63,645 nt of DNA, filler included, from Octopus bimaculoides (GCF_001194135.2; 6 parts of 6 records of this genome joined end to end with filler, not necessarily neighbours in it); one strand, 5' to 3'; positions 38,103 to 52,617 are shown, counted from the whole stretch's first letter. The notes: a model not told the origin generated them from the letters alone. Made by a program: numbers and translations.

Positions 38103-38135
38103 TTTCTGAAGAAGAGCTTTGCTCGAAACGTAAAA
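38103..38135 (+). ncRNA. Minimal hammerhead-like motif of Penelope-like-element type, in the hemocyanin intron
   Basis: ttt CTGAAGA a GAGC ttt GCTC GAAAC GTA aaa: core, 4-bp stem II, palindromic ACGU stem III, GUA triplet and only a 3-bp stem I. Confidence 0.5.
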
Positions 38136-38224
38136 CTACCTTTCTTCCCTACTGCTAATACTTTGATTGTACCACGTCCTCGCGTTGTTGTTCCTTTCTT
38201 GTGTTTTTACTTCGATTTTCTGGA

Positions 38225-38255
<31 letters not shown>

Positions 38256-38352
38256 CATACATACGTATGTGTGTAGATGTAATTTGTATTTTTTCTTGTT
38301 TTAACAAAAATGACCGGAAGTGTTTGACTTTGTTTTATCATATTTGTTTCAG

Positions 38353-38710
38353 GTCGACCGTATTTGGGCAATTTGGCAAGAATTACAAGAATACAGAAAG
38401 ATGCCGTTCGACAAAGCTTACTGTGCCCTTGATCAAATGTCTTTGGCTATGAAACCATTCACCTGGGAATCCAATCCCAATTTGGCCACCCGAGCTTTGG
38501 CCACTCCAAATAAATTGTTTGATTACAAAGGTTTGAATTACAAATACGACAACCTCGAGTTCCATGGAATGGATACTGAACATTTGGAAATAGAAATTCA
38601 GAAATTGAAACAGAAAGACCGTGTGTTCGCCACTTTCTTACTCCACGGCATCAAAACCTCAGCCGACGTCCACCTGAAATTATGTGACGACAAGAGTTGT
38701 TCAGGAGCTG
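38353..38710 (+). CDS. Internal exon of a molluscan (cephalopod-type) hemocyanin: C-terminal half of one functional unit, truncated at the contig end
   Basis: Acceptor tttgtttcAG at 38351-38352, then an open phase-0 frame: VDRIWAIWQELQEYRKMPFDKAYCALDQMSLAMKPFTWESNPN...LFDYKGLNYKYDNLEFHG...KDRVFATFLLHGIKTSADVHLKLC. DRxWAIWQ, YKYDNLEFHG and DRVFAxFLLxGIKTSADV are hallmark hemocyanin motifs downstream of the CuB site. Functional-unit identity not assigned. Confidence 0.95.
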
Positions 38711-38810
38711 NNNNNNNNNNNNNNNNNNNNNNNNNNNNNNNNNNNNNNNNNNNNTTAATTAATTAANNNNNNNNNNNNNNNNNNNNNNNNNNNNNNNNNN
38801 NNNNNNNNNN
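38711..38810. other. Artificial 100-bp six-frame-stop spacer
   Basis: Identical layout. It truncates the hemocyanin exon. Confidence 0.97.
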
Positions 38811-38842
<32 letters not shown>

Positions 38843-39177
38843 ATGTATACATATGTGTATATAAATACATATTTATATAACTATATATGTTTGTATACAT
38901 ACATATAGATACACACTCACGCACGCACACACACATATTTGAAAATGAAATTCAGAGCTTTACACAAAAGAAAAATAAATAATAAGAATAATAATAAACT
39001 TTTATCAATTTCAAATGAAAGAACGAAGATGTTTCGCGAAGCTAATGTTTAATATTAAAATAAATAAAATAAATAAAATAAATAGTGAAAATGGAAATAA
39101 CATGTGATGTAAAAATGCTAATTATGATATGATATGATATAAATATTAACATTCATCAGGAAAGAGTTGATGAATTT

Positions 39178-39209
<32 letters not shown>

Positions 39210-39606
39210 AATGATACTTTTTACCTTAATATTACGTTTTGATGTTTGCTTGGTTACCTTTTGTTGTTGTTATTGTTGTTTTTTGTTTGTATTTTTTACT
39301 CCTTTTTTTCCTATTCTGTTAATGTTTCTGTGCGTGACATTGCATTTTCGGATTAAATAGCTTTTCTCTGTTACAATCTGAAGAATTCGTCAGTGTCTCT
39401 GCTTGAAATAGGACCGTCAGCAAAGAAATTCAGTGCAGCACTGCATTCTGATTGTTATTACTGTTGCATGATGCGGTTAGACACGATCGTTATTCACTTT
39501 TGTTGTTGCTGTTGTTGTTATTGTCATTATTATTGATATTATTATTGTTGTTTGACTTCTCTGCATCCGTTCTTGTTCATCTCTCTCTCCATATATATAT
39601 CTCCTT

Positions 39607-39643
<37 letters not shown>

Positions 39644-41257
39644 GTGGTGGTGGTGAAGAGACGAAAACGAAGTGAGGAAACGCTTGTGATGGTGGTTGGT
39701 AAAGAAAACCTTTTAGTCAATAACCAAATATTACTACAAGAGCATTTGCTGCTACTAATGGATAGCTATTGTTCGTTGTGTTATAACCTAGATTTACCTT
39801 TTTGCTTTATTTATTTTTAGACTGTCACGTGACTATTACAGCTTCAACCATATTTCTCTTTTACTACTATTTAGTTTATTATATGCATTTTTGATATTAT
39901 TTCAGTAAAGCAAACAAACAAATATTGTAATTTTTCTGGAGTGAGTATGTAGGAAGGCGTTTCACATTATCTACGTCGCATTACTCGGAGTGGCGATGCT
40001 ATTGTCTTCAGTGGTTGTGGTGGTAAACTTAGTTATCTTAGTTATGTTAGATAATGTGCAGAAGTTGTCTTCATTGATGGGTTGAGTTGTTTGTTGGTTC
40101 GCTTACGTAAATATTTTATTCATTTATTGCATTCTCTCCAAACCTTTTAGGAAACGTACCGTATTAACCTCATGCTGTGTGATTTAAGTCAAAATATACC
40201 TATCCAGCATTCTTCAGTTTTTTTGTGATTTCGTATCTGAAATATTTCGTTTGGCCCTGGTGGTTTAATTGTAGTTGTAATCAACGATTTGACCGAACGA
40301 TAGATGGGTAGTTTCGACTAATGCAAAATATCTCCCTATTTTATGAAAAGAGGAAAATGAAAGCCTTTACCAGATGGTAATGTGTTAAGTTCCAGGGCAG
40401 GCATTAAAGTTGTTTGGTCTTAATCATCCAGTCTTTTTAAGGTGGTCTAACATTGAAGTGTTCTGTTTTTAAAAGACGGGTGTGGAGGTGGGATTTGTTG
40501 AGGTTTCGTCTGTTATTTCAAACAACCAAAATGTATTCTCTTTCGCTGGTTTGCTCGACCTCATTGAGGGCAGAGAATAAAACGTTGCGACATTCATACA
40601 TTCATTGAGCATTAACGGAGTAGAGAGTAAATTAAGAGACGAGCTTCCACTTAGAAGAATTGAAACCACATATTGCTCTCTCGGCCAGTCGGGAGCTCTT
40701 TTTCTTTTTTAACTCTACTCTATTAAGATATCTACATGCACGCATATATTTTATAGAAATAATCCGAAGTGAAAAGAACATGAAATAATGGGCGGCGTAC
40801 GAAAAACACTGGTTAGAGTCATTCAGGAAAATAGAAATTAACACCAAATTCCACATACAAGATTCAACTTAAGTGACCACTTTGTCCGTAATATAATGTT
40901 AAGTGGCTTTTTAGTAACGTACTTGAAAAATGTAATTTTGGCCTGGAATTTATAAATAACAATTTGATTAAACTTCTTTCTAAAAGTAAGATATATATAT
41001 TAGTGCGTGTGTGTGGATTTATGTGCAACTTGGTTCTTATTTATTTAGAGAATCGGGCCCTCTCTCTCTCTCCCTTCTATTTTATGTTCCATGCAAGGTT
41101 TTCACGAAACTTATGTTAACATATACTTATAACTACTTAAGATAAGCTAATCTCCCCCCCCATCTCTTTTCTCTCTCCACCCCCTTTCTCTTTTCTCTCT
41201 CCACCCCCTTTCTCTTTTCTCTCTCTCTCTTTCTTTCTCTTTCTCTCTTTCTTTCTC

Positions 41258-41328
<71 letters not shown>

Positions 41329-41877
41329 CACACACACACACACACACACACATGTGCGTGTGTATACTCGCGCAGTAAGTATTCCGGGCTGATGGCTACT
41401 TGTGTGTGCGCGCGTTTTATATTTATATTTATTTGATTTTTTTTTAATATCCAGGTGTTGAAAACTTGACGAAGACGTGTCGAAATGCAAATAAACATCT
41501 GCTCATGAGCAATGCTCACGAAATGAACGGAAAAAGGACGGGGTGGGTTATTTAGTTGGACGCCTACCCGTATTATATCAGACATAAGCATTTGTCCTTA
41601 GATTCTGTCGTTAAATCTTGTTTATCTCTAAATCTAAAGACCATGCGGGCGCTACTTTAACTGATCCCTACAAGTTGGCAGGCTTTTCTTATTCTTTTTC
41701 TTTTCTTTTGGAGGAGGTAGCTGTTTCAGAAGTTTGTAGTGGCTATTGAATTTCGAAAGATCTTAATATCTAACTGAACATCAACCATCGCATACAGCTG
41801 CCCATATGTGTGTATGTGTGGTTGTGCACCGAGAACGGGCTAGCCTCTATCTTTGCTTTGAAGAGAGAGAGAGAGAG

Positions 41878-41925
<48 letters not shown>

Positions 41926-43293
41926 AATGGAGGCGGACAAGGATAGCAAAGACTGCGCGAAATCTATTTTAACCTGTCACCTTAACCTTGGCAATGGTTT
42001 AAACTGCATGTTGTTAATGTAAAATCCACGTCATTGTGTTGCACCAATGAGGCGGCGGGGGAGGGGGGGNNNNNNNNNNNNNNNNNNNNNNNNNNNNNNN
42101 NNNNNNNNNNNNNNNNNNNNNNNNNNNNNNNNNNNNNNNNNNNNNNNNNNNNNNNNNNNNNNNNNNNNNNNNNNNNNNNNNNNNNNNNNNNNNNNNNNNN
42201 NNNNNNNNNNNNNNNNNNNNNNNNNNNNNNNNNNNNNNNNNNNNNNNNNNNNNNNNNNNNNNNNNNNNNNNNNNNNNNNNNNNNNNNNNNNNNNNNNNNN
42301 NNNNNNNNNNNNNNNNNNNNNNNNNNNNNNNNNNNNNNNNNNNNNNNNNNNNNNNNNNNNNNNNNNNNNNNNNNNNNNNNNNNNNNNNNNNNNNNNNNNN
42401 NNNNNNNNNNNNNNNNNNNNNNNNNNNNNNNNNNNNNNNNNNNNNNNNNNNNNNNNNNNNNNNNNNNNNNNNNNNNNNNNNNNNNNNNNNNNNNNNNNNN
42501 NNNNNNNNNNNNNNNNNNNNNNNNNNNNNNNNNNNNNNNNNNNNNNNNNNNNNNNNNNNNNNNNNNNNNNNNNNNNNNNNNNNNNNNNNNNNNNNNNNNN
42601 NNNNNNNNNNNNNNNNNNNNNNNNNNNNNNNNNNNNNNNNNNNNNNNNNNNNNNNNNNNNNNNNNNNNNNNNNNNNNNNNNNNNNNNNNNNNNNNNNNNN
42701 NNNNNNNNNNNNNNNNNNNNNNNNNNNNNNNNNNNNNNNNNNNNNNNNNNNNNNNNNNNNNNNNNNNNNNNNNNNNNNNNNNNNNNNNNNNNNNNNNNNN
42801 NNNNNNNNNNNNNNNNNNNNNNNNNNNNNNNNNNNNNNNNNNNNNNNNNNNNNNNNNNNNNNNNNNNNNNNNNNNNNNNNNNNNNNNNNNNNNNNNNNNN
42901 NNNNNNNNNNNNNNNNNNNNNNNNNNNNNNNNNNNNNNNNNNNNNNNNNNNNNNNNNNNNNNNNNNNNTTTTTTGTTTTGTTTTGTTCGTTTGGTTTTGG
43001 GGGATTTTTTTCCCCTGACTCCTATATAATGAGTGTCTTTTATTGTTGGCGGCACAGCATTGCATAAGTTCCTTGAACAATTTGACGATGTCATTTTGGA
43101 ATTTTCCTCCACGCGTGTTTTTGTGTTATTTTTCATGTTTGTACCTTCATTAAAAACGTGTATGTATGTGTGTGTGTGTGTACGTGCGTATGTATCTGGA
43201 TGTGTGTTGTTGATTTTTGTCAACCGTCATTTAGTCAGAGTTAGCACAATTCTAAATGAGTCATACATTTCCAAAAGAATTTTTTTTATTTTT

Positions 43294-43326
<33 letters not shown>

Positions 43327-46300
43327 GGCACTGGTTTTCTATCATTTCTTATGAAAGCATACAAGAGCGATATTTGCTGTTTGGATTTATATCGTTGAAA
43401 AAGTATCACTTTTTTTTTTGTGGTTAAACTGATGATGCAAATATATCTAAAGAGGATGAAGACAAGAAAATAATATCAAGTTAAATTTATTGTCAATTTA
43501 TGTGTGTAATGAGATTCGAGAGTATTTGAGCTGAGTGGGGAGGGAAGTTTTATTAGTTAGTTGCTATTTTATTTATATATTTCTTGATGCCGAGAGACTT
43601 AGAACTAAGATGCCCGTCTTCGAACTGGCGAGTTAAATTGCTGTTTGTTTTCAGATCCGTTTTGGGCGCGCAAACATTATGATCAGTGGTGCTTCAATCA
43701 TGACGAACCCTTCCTATAATGTTGGATTCAAATGTTTTTTTATTTGAAGGACATTTAACTACTTTTTCTAGCTTGTTGGGCGATCACATAAAGGTTCCCT
43801 CCAGTTTGTAGTTTCTCGCTCTACCATAACGCTGAAGTGTTCACCGTAGCATTGGTACATTATCTATTATATACACTTGTGTCCATCATATGAGCTGATT
43901 TCGTCCAAGAGATGCTGGAGATATTATAGATTGCAGTAAAGATTCAATCTAACCGTCTGGCAAAACTTCTACCTCTTCTTATTCGATCTCTGATTGTGTC
44001 TTCTAACACCCAGTTTATCTACCCACTCACACCTTTCCATTATCACAATGTAGGACATGTTTCTTGGATGCTGTTGTCGTCGTTGTGGACATTAGAAATG
44101 TTATGGAAAGCCTATTACAGAATTTATTTGGTTTTCGTAATTAATGAGGAAGCCAATGGGTTAAATTTAATATTTAATACTGTCGACCTGTCATTATCCG
44201 TGATAGATTCATTTCTTCTGAATACAAGGCAATAGGCGAAACTTTTGTTTGTTGTTTTTACTAGGTTTCACAATTGTGTAAGTTGAGCTAGTAAAACCTA
44301 CAGATCGTTTAAGGTTTCTGCTTCGCTGTTCCTCCTCCTCCTCCTCCTCCGTCGCCTTCCCTTTCTCCGCCCTCCCGTTTCCCCTTCCCCTGATATTACA
44401 TTCGCGATCGTTGCAGTGTTTAAGCCTTGAATAAATAAGGTCTCCACAAATCTTTATGCAATCCTCACATCCATCTGAAAAATAAACATGCATAATCGAT
44501 ACGGAGAAATCCGGTTTTGTTTAACCTTCTCAAACTACTTTACCGCTTCATTCTCAACTCTTAGTCGTTGGTTAATGTCTGGCTTTGGCTAGCTGCTATT
44601 GCTGAGCTAGAAACCATATTCTTCCGGAAAAGAGGCCTTATCAGTGTTGTGGGTAAGGTGGCGAAGACGGTAGAGTCCTTCTGAGAGAACTGTTAATATT
44701 GTTGTTTGACAAGAAAAGGAAAGGAAAGGAAGCTCTCTTCTCTTTCTTTCTCTCCTGTCTGTGCATGCAGTAAAATAAATCTTAAGATGCTCTTCTGGTT
44801 CAAACAAATATTAGCTAAGTTTACGTCGGAAAGCAGCCTTGCTGTCTATTATGTCCGAAATATGAAACCTTTGCAAATGAAGCGAATTCCCTAAAATAGC
44901 CTCAAACTCTTGTTTTCATAACTTATAAATAGTTCAGTACTTTGTGCACTGGCTCATTTATTATTCAGTATGGACTTCCGTGGGAGTAGAACAACCGAGT
45001 GGATAAACTCTGCTGGCGAACTCCTAAAATCCTTTGCTGGCGGTTTCGTATCACCTTAGATAAGAAGCTTAGCTCATTCAGTCTTCATACTTTTTAGCCC
45101 CAAGGCTTCATATCTAATTCAGAAAACCTTATCCGCTTCACTAAAGATTTCAAACTGAATAACGGACGATATGGCTTGAGGTTAGTTTACCTTCACCTCG
45201 GAATAGTTTGGAACATTACAACTTCTCTCCTTCCCATTTCTTCTCTCTCTCTTTCTCTCTCTCNNNNNNNNNNCTCTCCTTCCCATTTCTTCTCTCTCTC
45301 TTTCTCTCTCTCTCTCTTTCTCTCTCTCACACACACATACACTGGCTGTGGTGTAAAGAAATGCTTATTGTCCCAAGCTTGACTAAAAAGGAATTCTTGT
45401 TGGAAGCAATTAGTGAGTCCTGACATGGCAGGGGGAAGTAGTTGTCGCCATAAAGGATTTTTTTGTTTTTTTGTTTTTTGAATATTTGACGATGTTCTGA
45501 AAACTAAATACTACAACACGGTAGGTATTAACAGCTAAATAGGGAACGTGCCTTCCAAACGGGACGACAGCTGATATCAGACCCTTAAACATTGTTTAGT
45601 CAATCTGATAAGTCGCGAGCGACAGACATTGTGAAAAGGAAGTTTATTACTGCTGCTAATGGGTCTCATGCCCGCTTGACCTCTGTGTCCGTGTGTGGAT
45701 GAAAGGCCTGCATTTTTTTGACCTTAGGGAACCGTCGTAGAATAAATATGTTGGTAAGAAAGGAAAAGTAGATTGTGTACTTCCCTTTCAGTGTCTGTTC
45801 CTTCCCTTTAAAAGTAGGCCGCTTGATGAAGTGACCGGAGAGTATGAGAAAAACTTTGCCCTGTCTGCATATGTCTACCTTGTCATTCTGGTAGCTTTAT
45901 TTTCTCCACTGTTGCTAAGCAAACAAATGAGATGCAAGTAAACACTCTCTCATAAGTACACAATGTTAATATCTACCTATCTATGTGTCTGTCTATCTCT
46001 ATCCACCTATCTGTCTGCCTATCCATCCACATATGTACACACACACACACACGGCCAGATTAGGGTTTCGTTCTGTAAAACTATGAAATGGCATTGAATG
46101 TAATGTATAAGAACATTAAATTCGCAAATTGGTTAAAGATTTTTCAGTTAAAGGGTCGTAACAAAACGTTCATTCTGTTAAGTTTCAGTCATTTTTTTTT
46201 TCCCCTCCTTTTTTTCTTTCTTTTCCCTAGCTACTTCTGGAAGTTTTCTGTAAACATCTGCTGTGTGATTGCGATATCTCGATGTTGTATCATTGTAGAG

Positions 46301-46708
46301 TAAATAGCCGAACTGAATTTTCCAAAACCCTTACTGATAACCATCCATCAGTTGTGATATCTGAGACTTGTTTTTGAAACTATTTTAGTTTTTTTTTTTT
46401 TTTTAGTCCCGTGTAGTCAAAAGGCGGAAGGATTTAGATTTGACTGTGAAAGGGAGTAAAACGCCCAATTAAACATTCTTCTCTATTTCTACTTCGAAGT
46501 CAATTTTATCTTAATTCTTGTATTTGCTTGATGTGTGTGCGCACACAATTAGATCAAAATAAATATGGTATAAGTATGTGAGTATTCGTGTGCGCATTAG
46601 TATCAAATTTGTTAGACACTAATTAGAAATTCTCTCTGTTGTAGCCAAGCATTCTGGCTGATGGCTGCATGATATCTGTATGTAGACTTGTGTGTGTATG
46701 TATGTATG

Positions 46709-46782
<74 letters not shown>

Positions 46783-49489
46783 GTGTATATATGCTTACAG
46801 GTGTGTGGTACACATATAGGCATCTGTGTGTGTTATATATATATATATATATATAGGCACACACGAGCGAATGTGTATATATTGTATACCTGTATATTCA
46901 TGTATGTATAGCTTGATAAAGAGATAAAATGTATGGTTCCTTAAAATGACCCTAGAGAAATGAAAAAAAAAACTAAACCAGTGACGGTGTGATGCATCTT
47001 AAAATACATACATCTACATATTGTGAGCTACGTAAACTTGTGCTGCTGCTCTATGTAACCATTCTGTCGGTTCTTGCAATGTCAAGTTTTTCATACGAAG
47101 AACTGGGCAAGAACAGAAAATAAAAATATAGAAAAAAAAATAATAAATAAAACATTTTCTCACTATGTTCGATTTTGATTCTTTGGGGAAGAAATCAATT
47201 TTTCTTCTCATGCATAAGATTAAGAATAATCATTCTTTCATTGAAACCTTTTTATATCTTTGTATCCATCGATCTGTTAGGTTATGTTTTTTTTCCTATT
47301 CTGTTTTTGTTTCTATTTCTTTAACATTCTCTTTGATCGTTTCGGCTTTAAACCATGAGGTTTCCATTTAATACTAAGTACTACCACATGAATTTCAAAA
47401 AAAAAAAAAAGTTACATTTTTTTTTAAAGTCAAATATAATCTAGTTTATTATGGTTGCGTGTTTACTAAGATTTTTGACGATTAGTCAATCGAAAACTAT
47501 TTTTAATATTCTGTTAAAGAAAAATAAAACGAAGAAAGAAATCGAAGCGAATAAAAGAAAGCATTTGGGCTAATGTCAGTTACCAATTCACAATTCACTC
47601 TGTGTTTTGTAACACGCCAATCAGAATAACGTAATAAGAAGATTGGGTCAGTTCAAAATTCTTGTCTCTTTTCTTCTTTCTTCTTATTCGTTATTTTATT
47701 TCAATTTATTTAGATTTCTTTTTTTTTTTTTTCAACTTTTAGTTTTTTTGAGGAAATTTTGGTCTGACTTCTTTTGGCACAAGTAACATTCCAATATCCT
47801 TTCAGTTAACACTGTTTTGTCGACTTTCTTAAGAATCGATACCAATCGATTGCTCAAGGTTCATTGAAGAAGCTACCAATATTAACCCGATCTAATCGAT
47901 GCATTCGGGTGCAAGAGATCCTGTTTCGATTTAATCAATGCAGTCAGGTGCAAGAGATCCATCCAGTTCAGATGTGAAGGATAATCAAAGAAGGTCGAGT
48001 GTCTAATGTTGACTGTCGTATTGCCGTAGTCTACCTTTGTAGCAGTGAGAAATTCGACAACTCCGTGTAAATTAAATTGCTTTGTCACCTGTTTGGTTTC
48101 GCGTTAAGTTCGAAATGCATTTACTTCAGCTTATTTCCCTTTCTCCTACCCTACTTCTGTATAACCATTAAAAGGTGGCAGGGTAGGAGTGGGTTAAATT
48201 CCTTTCAGTTTATGTCGATGTTTGGAGATTTCATTTAATCTCAAAAATGAAGAGCTGGATATGAATTGATCATCATAGTAATTAACCCGATTTAACGTGA
48301 TCGCATATCTTTCAATACATTTACGCATCGATCACCGTCTCGTCTTGTCAGCCTATCAATCAGACGTGCATTATTCTGGATATTCTGATATTAGTTTAGA
48401 CATTCCCGATTAATGTCATTGAATTTCTATTGTATTCTAGGCCAGACTTCATATTTTTGTAATAAAATTTCACCATCGACACATAACTAAACCAGTAACT
48501 TAAAGTGGCGAAAATGGTGAAAACAGTGCGGAATATTTAGTCTCAGGAACTGAGTTTATCCAATTATCGCAATTACTGGGCATATACCGGTGATTATCAT
48601 CTTTAAGATTTTGGTATTTCTCAAAATATTTAACATCCTACCTGCGAACCATGAAGGGGGCCCTCTATGCAGTCACTTAATCCACTAGAAATAGCTCCAG
48701 ATTTCTGTCAAATTACACCATTAATTGAGGCTTGCACATTAAATACATCTTAAATGGGAAAAAAAACCCCCAAAAAAACTGGAGAGCCGTGGCTAGAATG
48801 CATTTGGTCATACGTCTGTTCGATCAGATTTGACTTCGAGCTTGGGGTCAGTATAGAATTTTGTCGCTAAAATTTGTTCATTGAATTGGTTTTACTTCTA
48901 CAATACACGAAATGTTTGAAGCAATTTTTAAAATATAATTCTTAATAATATTTAATTATGAAAATGCGATAGGACTTTTAAAGCATCGAGGGGCTATAGG
49001 AGTCTACCTGCGTAGAATAGTAATCAAAGGGGTCCACGGGCAAAAAAGAAGCTACCGGGGTACACACTAAAAAGATAAACCTCCCTGTCGCTAAGTCAAC
49101 TAATGACCTCAACGTGATCACGTGACCGAAAGAGAAGCCTACTAAACCAGAAACTAAGACTCGATCAGGCTTCACTTGTGACTAAACAAAAGCAACGACT
49201 ACCTGTCTACTATCCTGGATTTGTAACCTACTAACTTTGCTCTGGTACCTGAAACTTCTCGAGTTTCACATGGCTGATTAAGGCCATTAAGAGAGAACGG
49301 TATTGTTTCAGTTAAAATCTTTTGTTAACCTGCTCAGTAGAGCGGACAGAGCGATAGGGATCGAAAACGAGTATACCTCTTCTAAAGCTGTTTCACACAG
49401 AAGGGACTTGTTTGAATTATTTAGTTAGTAAACACAAATGCATGCATATACATGAATATATGCAAATGTTCAACATCATCTAATATATG

Positions 49490-49521
<32 letters not shown>

Positions 49522-50920
49522 CAAGCGATGTTATACATTCATTGATACACACCAACTCGTACGGGCTCACACATTTGCATCTAAATGTATATTTAGTTTG
49601 GCCATTGTTATTAAGAAAATGCAAATATACAAACACATACACACGACCATACATGCACACTCTTACGTAAGCATATTAATAATGTTTGTGTTAACAGTTA
49701 TCATTGCACACGATTGCACTCAGAATACGGAAGAAAATTGTAAGACCTATTTTGTGTGTGTCTGTGCATGAGGACGTGCGTGTGTAATATGTCTGGAACA
49801 GTAGTTATTATTGACATCGCTTGAAGCTAGCTGCCTATACAAATAGATAGATAGATTAATGAATAGGTAAGCATTGTACAGTATAATAGTAGTTACTATG
49901 TCGTGGTTATGTTTGCTGTGGTTGTTGTTGTTGTCATCATCAAAATGACTTCCTTTACGTCTGCTGGTGGTCCAGATCAATACACGCGATTGATTGTCCT
50001 CTATGTGCACACTATCACAGAATACAAACATTCAATTACTGAGCATCTCAAGAAGCCATATTTCCTACTTCTCACCACTTACTCACTCACTCTCTCTCTC
50101 CCCCCTATCTCTCTCTCTCTCGCTCCCCCCTCTCTCTTTCTCTCTCGCTCGCTCTTATCCGATCCATATATCTCTATATTTGTTGTTACACTCACACATG
50201 CTGCTTAGTGTCGCTCTCTCAATTTCCCATAAAGCAGTTACACTTTGTTGATGAACTTGTTTGCAAGTAATCAATGGCCTGAAGGTTACCTTTACCTGTT
50301 GATATTAACGTCTGTTGTTCGTTTCAGTCCCAACGACTGTCGACAATTAACCAACAGAACTGTCAGTTGGCCATATTCACTCAACAATGGTGCTTTGTTG
50401 AACATCAAATATACATGGAGTTTTCCATCTGAATAGGTACACACTCAAATTCCACAATGTGTATATAATTATCGCATTGACAAAAGGAATAAAAACATTT
50501 GGCATTTATAAAAAAAAAAAAGAAAAAAAAATAATAACTAAATATTACACAGACACAGAGATCAGTTTTGCTTTTCATCCTTTGTGGTGGTGATGGTGAG
50601 GTCGATAAAATAAAGTATGAAAGTACTAGGGTGAACCTCGATTTTATTCAGCTGACTCATGGAGAATATGGCTTTCTACTCAGGTACTAACGTCATATTT
50701 ACTCATATCTCAAAGAAACGTTAGTATTATTTTATCTGAACTCTTATAGAATCTTAACGATCTGGCTCTGGATATGTAATGCACAATACATATTTATATA
50801 CATATATGTAAATTCACCTTTGTGTGTGTGTATGTATGTGTGTGTGTGTATTAGCTTTAATGAAAATTCAGCGTGTTTTATGAAAATCTATTCTTAGTTC
50901 TATCGAACACTTCAGCACAC

Positions 50921-51081
50921 GCGCAGGAGTAGCTGTGTGGTAAGTAGCTTGCTTACTAACCACATGGTTCCGGGTTCAGTCCCACTGCGTGGCACCTTGG
51001 GCAAGTGTCTTCTACTATAGCCTCGGGCCGACCAAAGCCTTCTGAGTGGATTTGGTAGACGGAAACTGAAAGAAGCCCATC

Positions 51082-51125
<44 letters not shown>

Positions 51126-51378
51126 NNNNNNNNNNNNNNNNNNNNNNNNNNNNNNNNNNNNNNNNNNNNNNNNNNNNNNNNNNNNNNNNNNNNNNNNNNN
51201 NNNNNNNNTTGACAAACTGATGCTGGTGTGTTTATGTCCCCGTCATCTAGCGGTTCGGCAAAAGAGACCGATAGAATAAGTACTAGGCTTACAAAGGATA
51301 AGTCCCGGGGTTGAGTTGCTCGACTAAAGGCGGTGCTCCAGCATGGCCACAGTCAAATGACTGAAACAAGTAAGAGTA
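50921..51378 (+). mobile_element. Full-length SINE S1 with internal microsatellite spanning a gap
   Basis: Same layout as 36814-37440. Confidence 0.9.
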
Positions 51379-52579
51379 TACGTATTGAATATCCGTCGGT
51401 TAGAAAGCATCACAGTTATCATGTATAAGCAAATGATATAATCACAGTTTCGTGAACAACCGCATATACTACCGTAAGTGTTATTTTACACATCCACACA
51501 GGCACATCTGTTCTTCTCACACACACACACACACACACGACTTAGGTATAGGTTATTAATATTTTGATAAGTATCTTGAAGCGTGAAGAAACGAACTTGG
51601 AGATTCAGTAATACTAGTCGCAGTTGGGGTTTGACACGAATCAGATATATTAGAATTTGCTCCCAGCTGTATTCTTGTTACCTTAGCCCTTCCTGTCTCT
51701 TTACACTTGTCTAATGTTGCTCTCAACATCGCAGTTATTAACCCCCAGAATATGGCATATTCAACAGCGATATCATTTCAGTGTGATGTCTTCGTACAAC
51801 GATTTTTTCTTCCTCCCCACCTTTCTCCACTCTTTCTCTCTCTCTCTCTCTCTCTGCCAGCTAACAAAAATCTCGTATATTGCGGGGGGGGGGGATAAAA
51901 AGAGAGAAGAGAAAGAGAGAGAGAGAGAGAGTTAACTGGAGGGAGGAAGAGCCTTCAAAGGATGTGAAACGTAGTCCTCTCCTCTCTATATCAACACATA
52001 AAAATAATTTCGTTGCGACCTCACTTGGGATTTCGACATTATATTATGTTTGATGTTCTGGTGCTGCTGATTTCATGTAGTTCAGAGTATCCGAACTGAT
52101 CACACACACACACACACACACTGTTGCCACCATATTTATTCATTGTCAAAAATATCATCTTTGTCGATGGCATTATTAACTCCCTTGAATCTCCGTCTTC
52201 TCGTTTACGGCATTATTCTCACAAACTTTTTTCCCTTTTTACACTAGTTTAACAAAATATCATCTTCCAGGAACTGAGTTAGATTTCCCCCCTCCCCCTC
52301 CCTCCCCCCACGCTTTCTCTCCTTTCTTACATTGACCTAAAATAGCCTTCGCTCTTGTTNNNNNNNNNNCGATCTAAATAGCCTTCGCTCTTGTTAATGT
52401 TCTTGGTCTTAGCAGTAAGAAAGAAAATAGTCATTTTTCTGTAGCCCCACCACTTCCATCCAGCGTTCATCTGTCTCTTTCCTTCTCTATTTTTGCTTTT
52501 TATTTCTCCTTTCAACCACTCTAGATTTACTAACTAAAGGATATCTCTTAAACATCTGATATATATTTATGTTATACGT

Positions 52580-52617
<38 letters not shown>

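Noticed and set aside
45225-45310. Direct repeats flanking 10-N gaps (also 52339-52396 and 5620-5660)
   Set aside because: The same sequence occurs on both sides of a tiny gap, which is typical of unmerged overlapping contig ends.
47882-48088. Short minus-strand ORF with plausible composition (also 27675-27974, 6717-7103 and 11957-12241)
   Set aside because: No recognisable motif, no convincing splice sites, and lengths compatible with chance.
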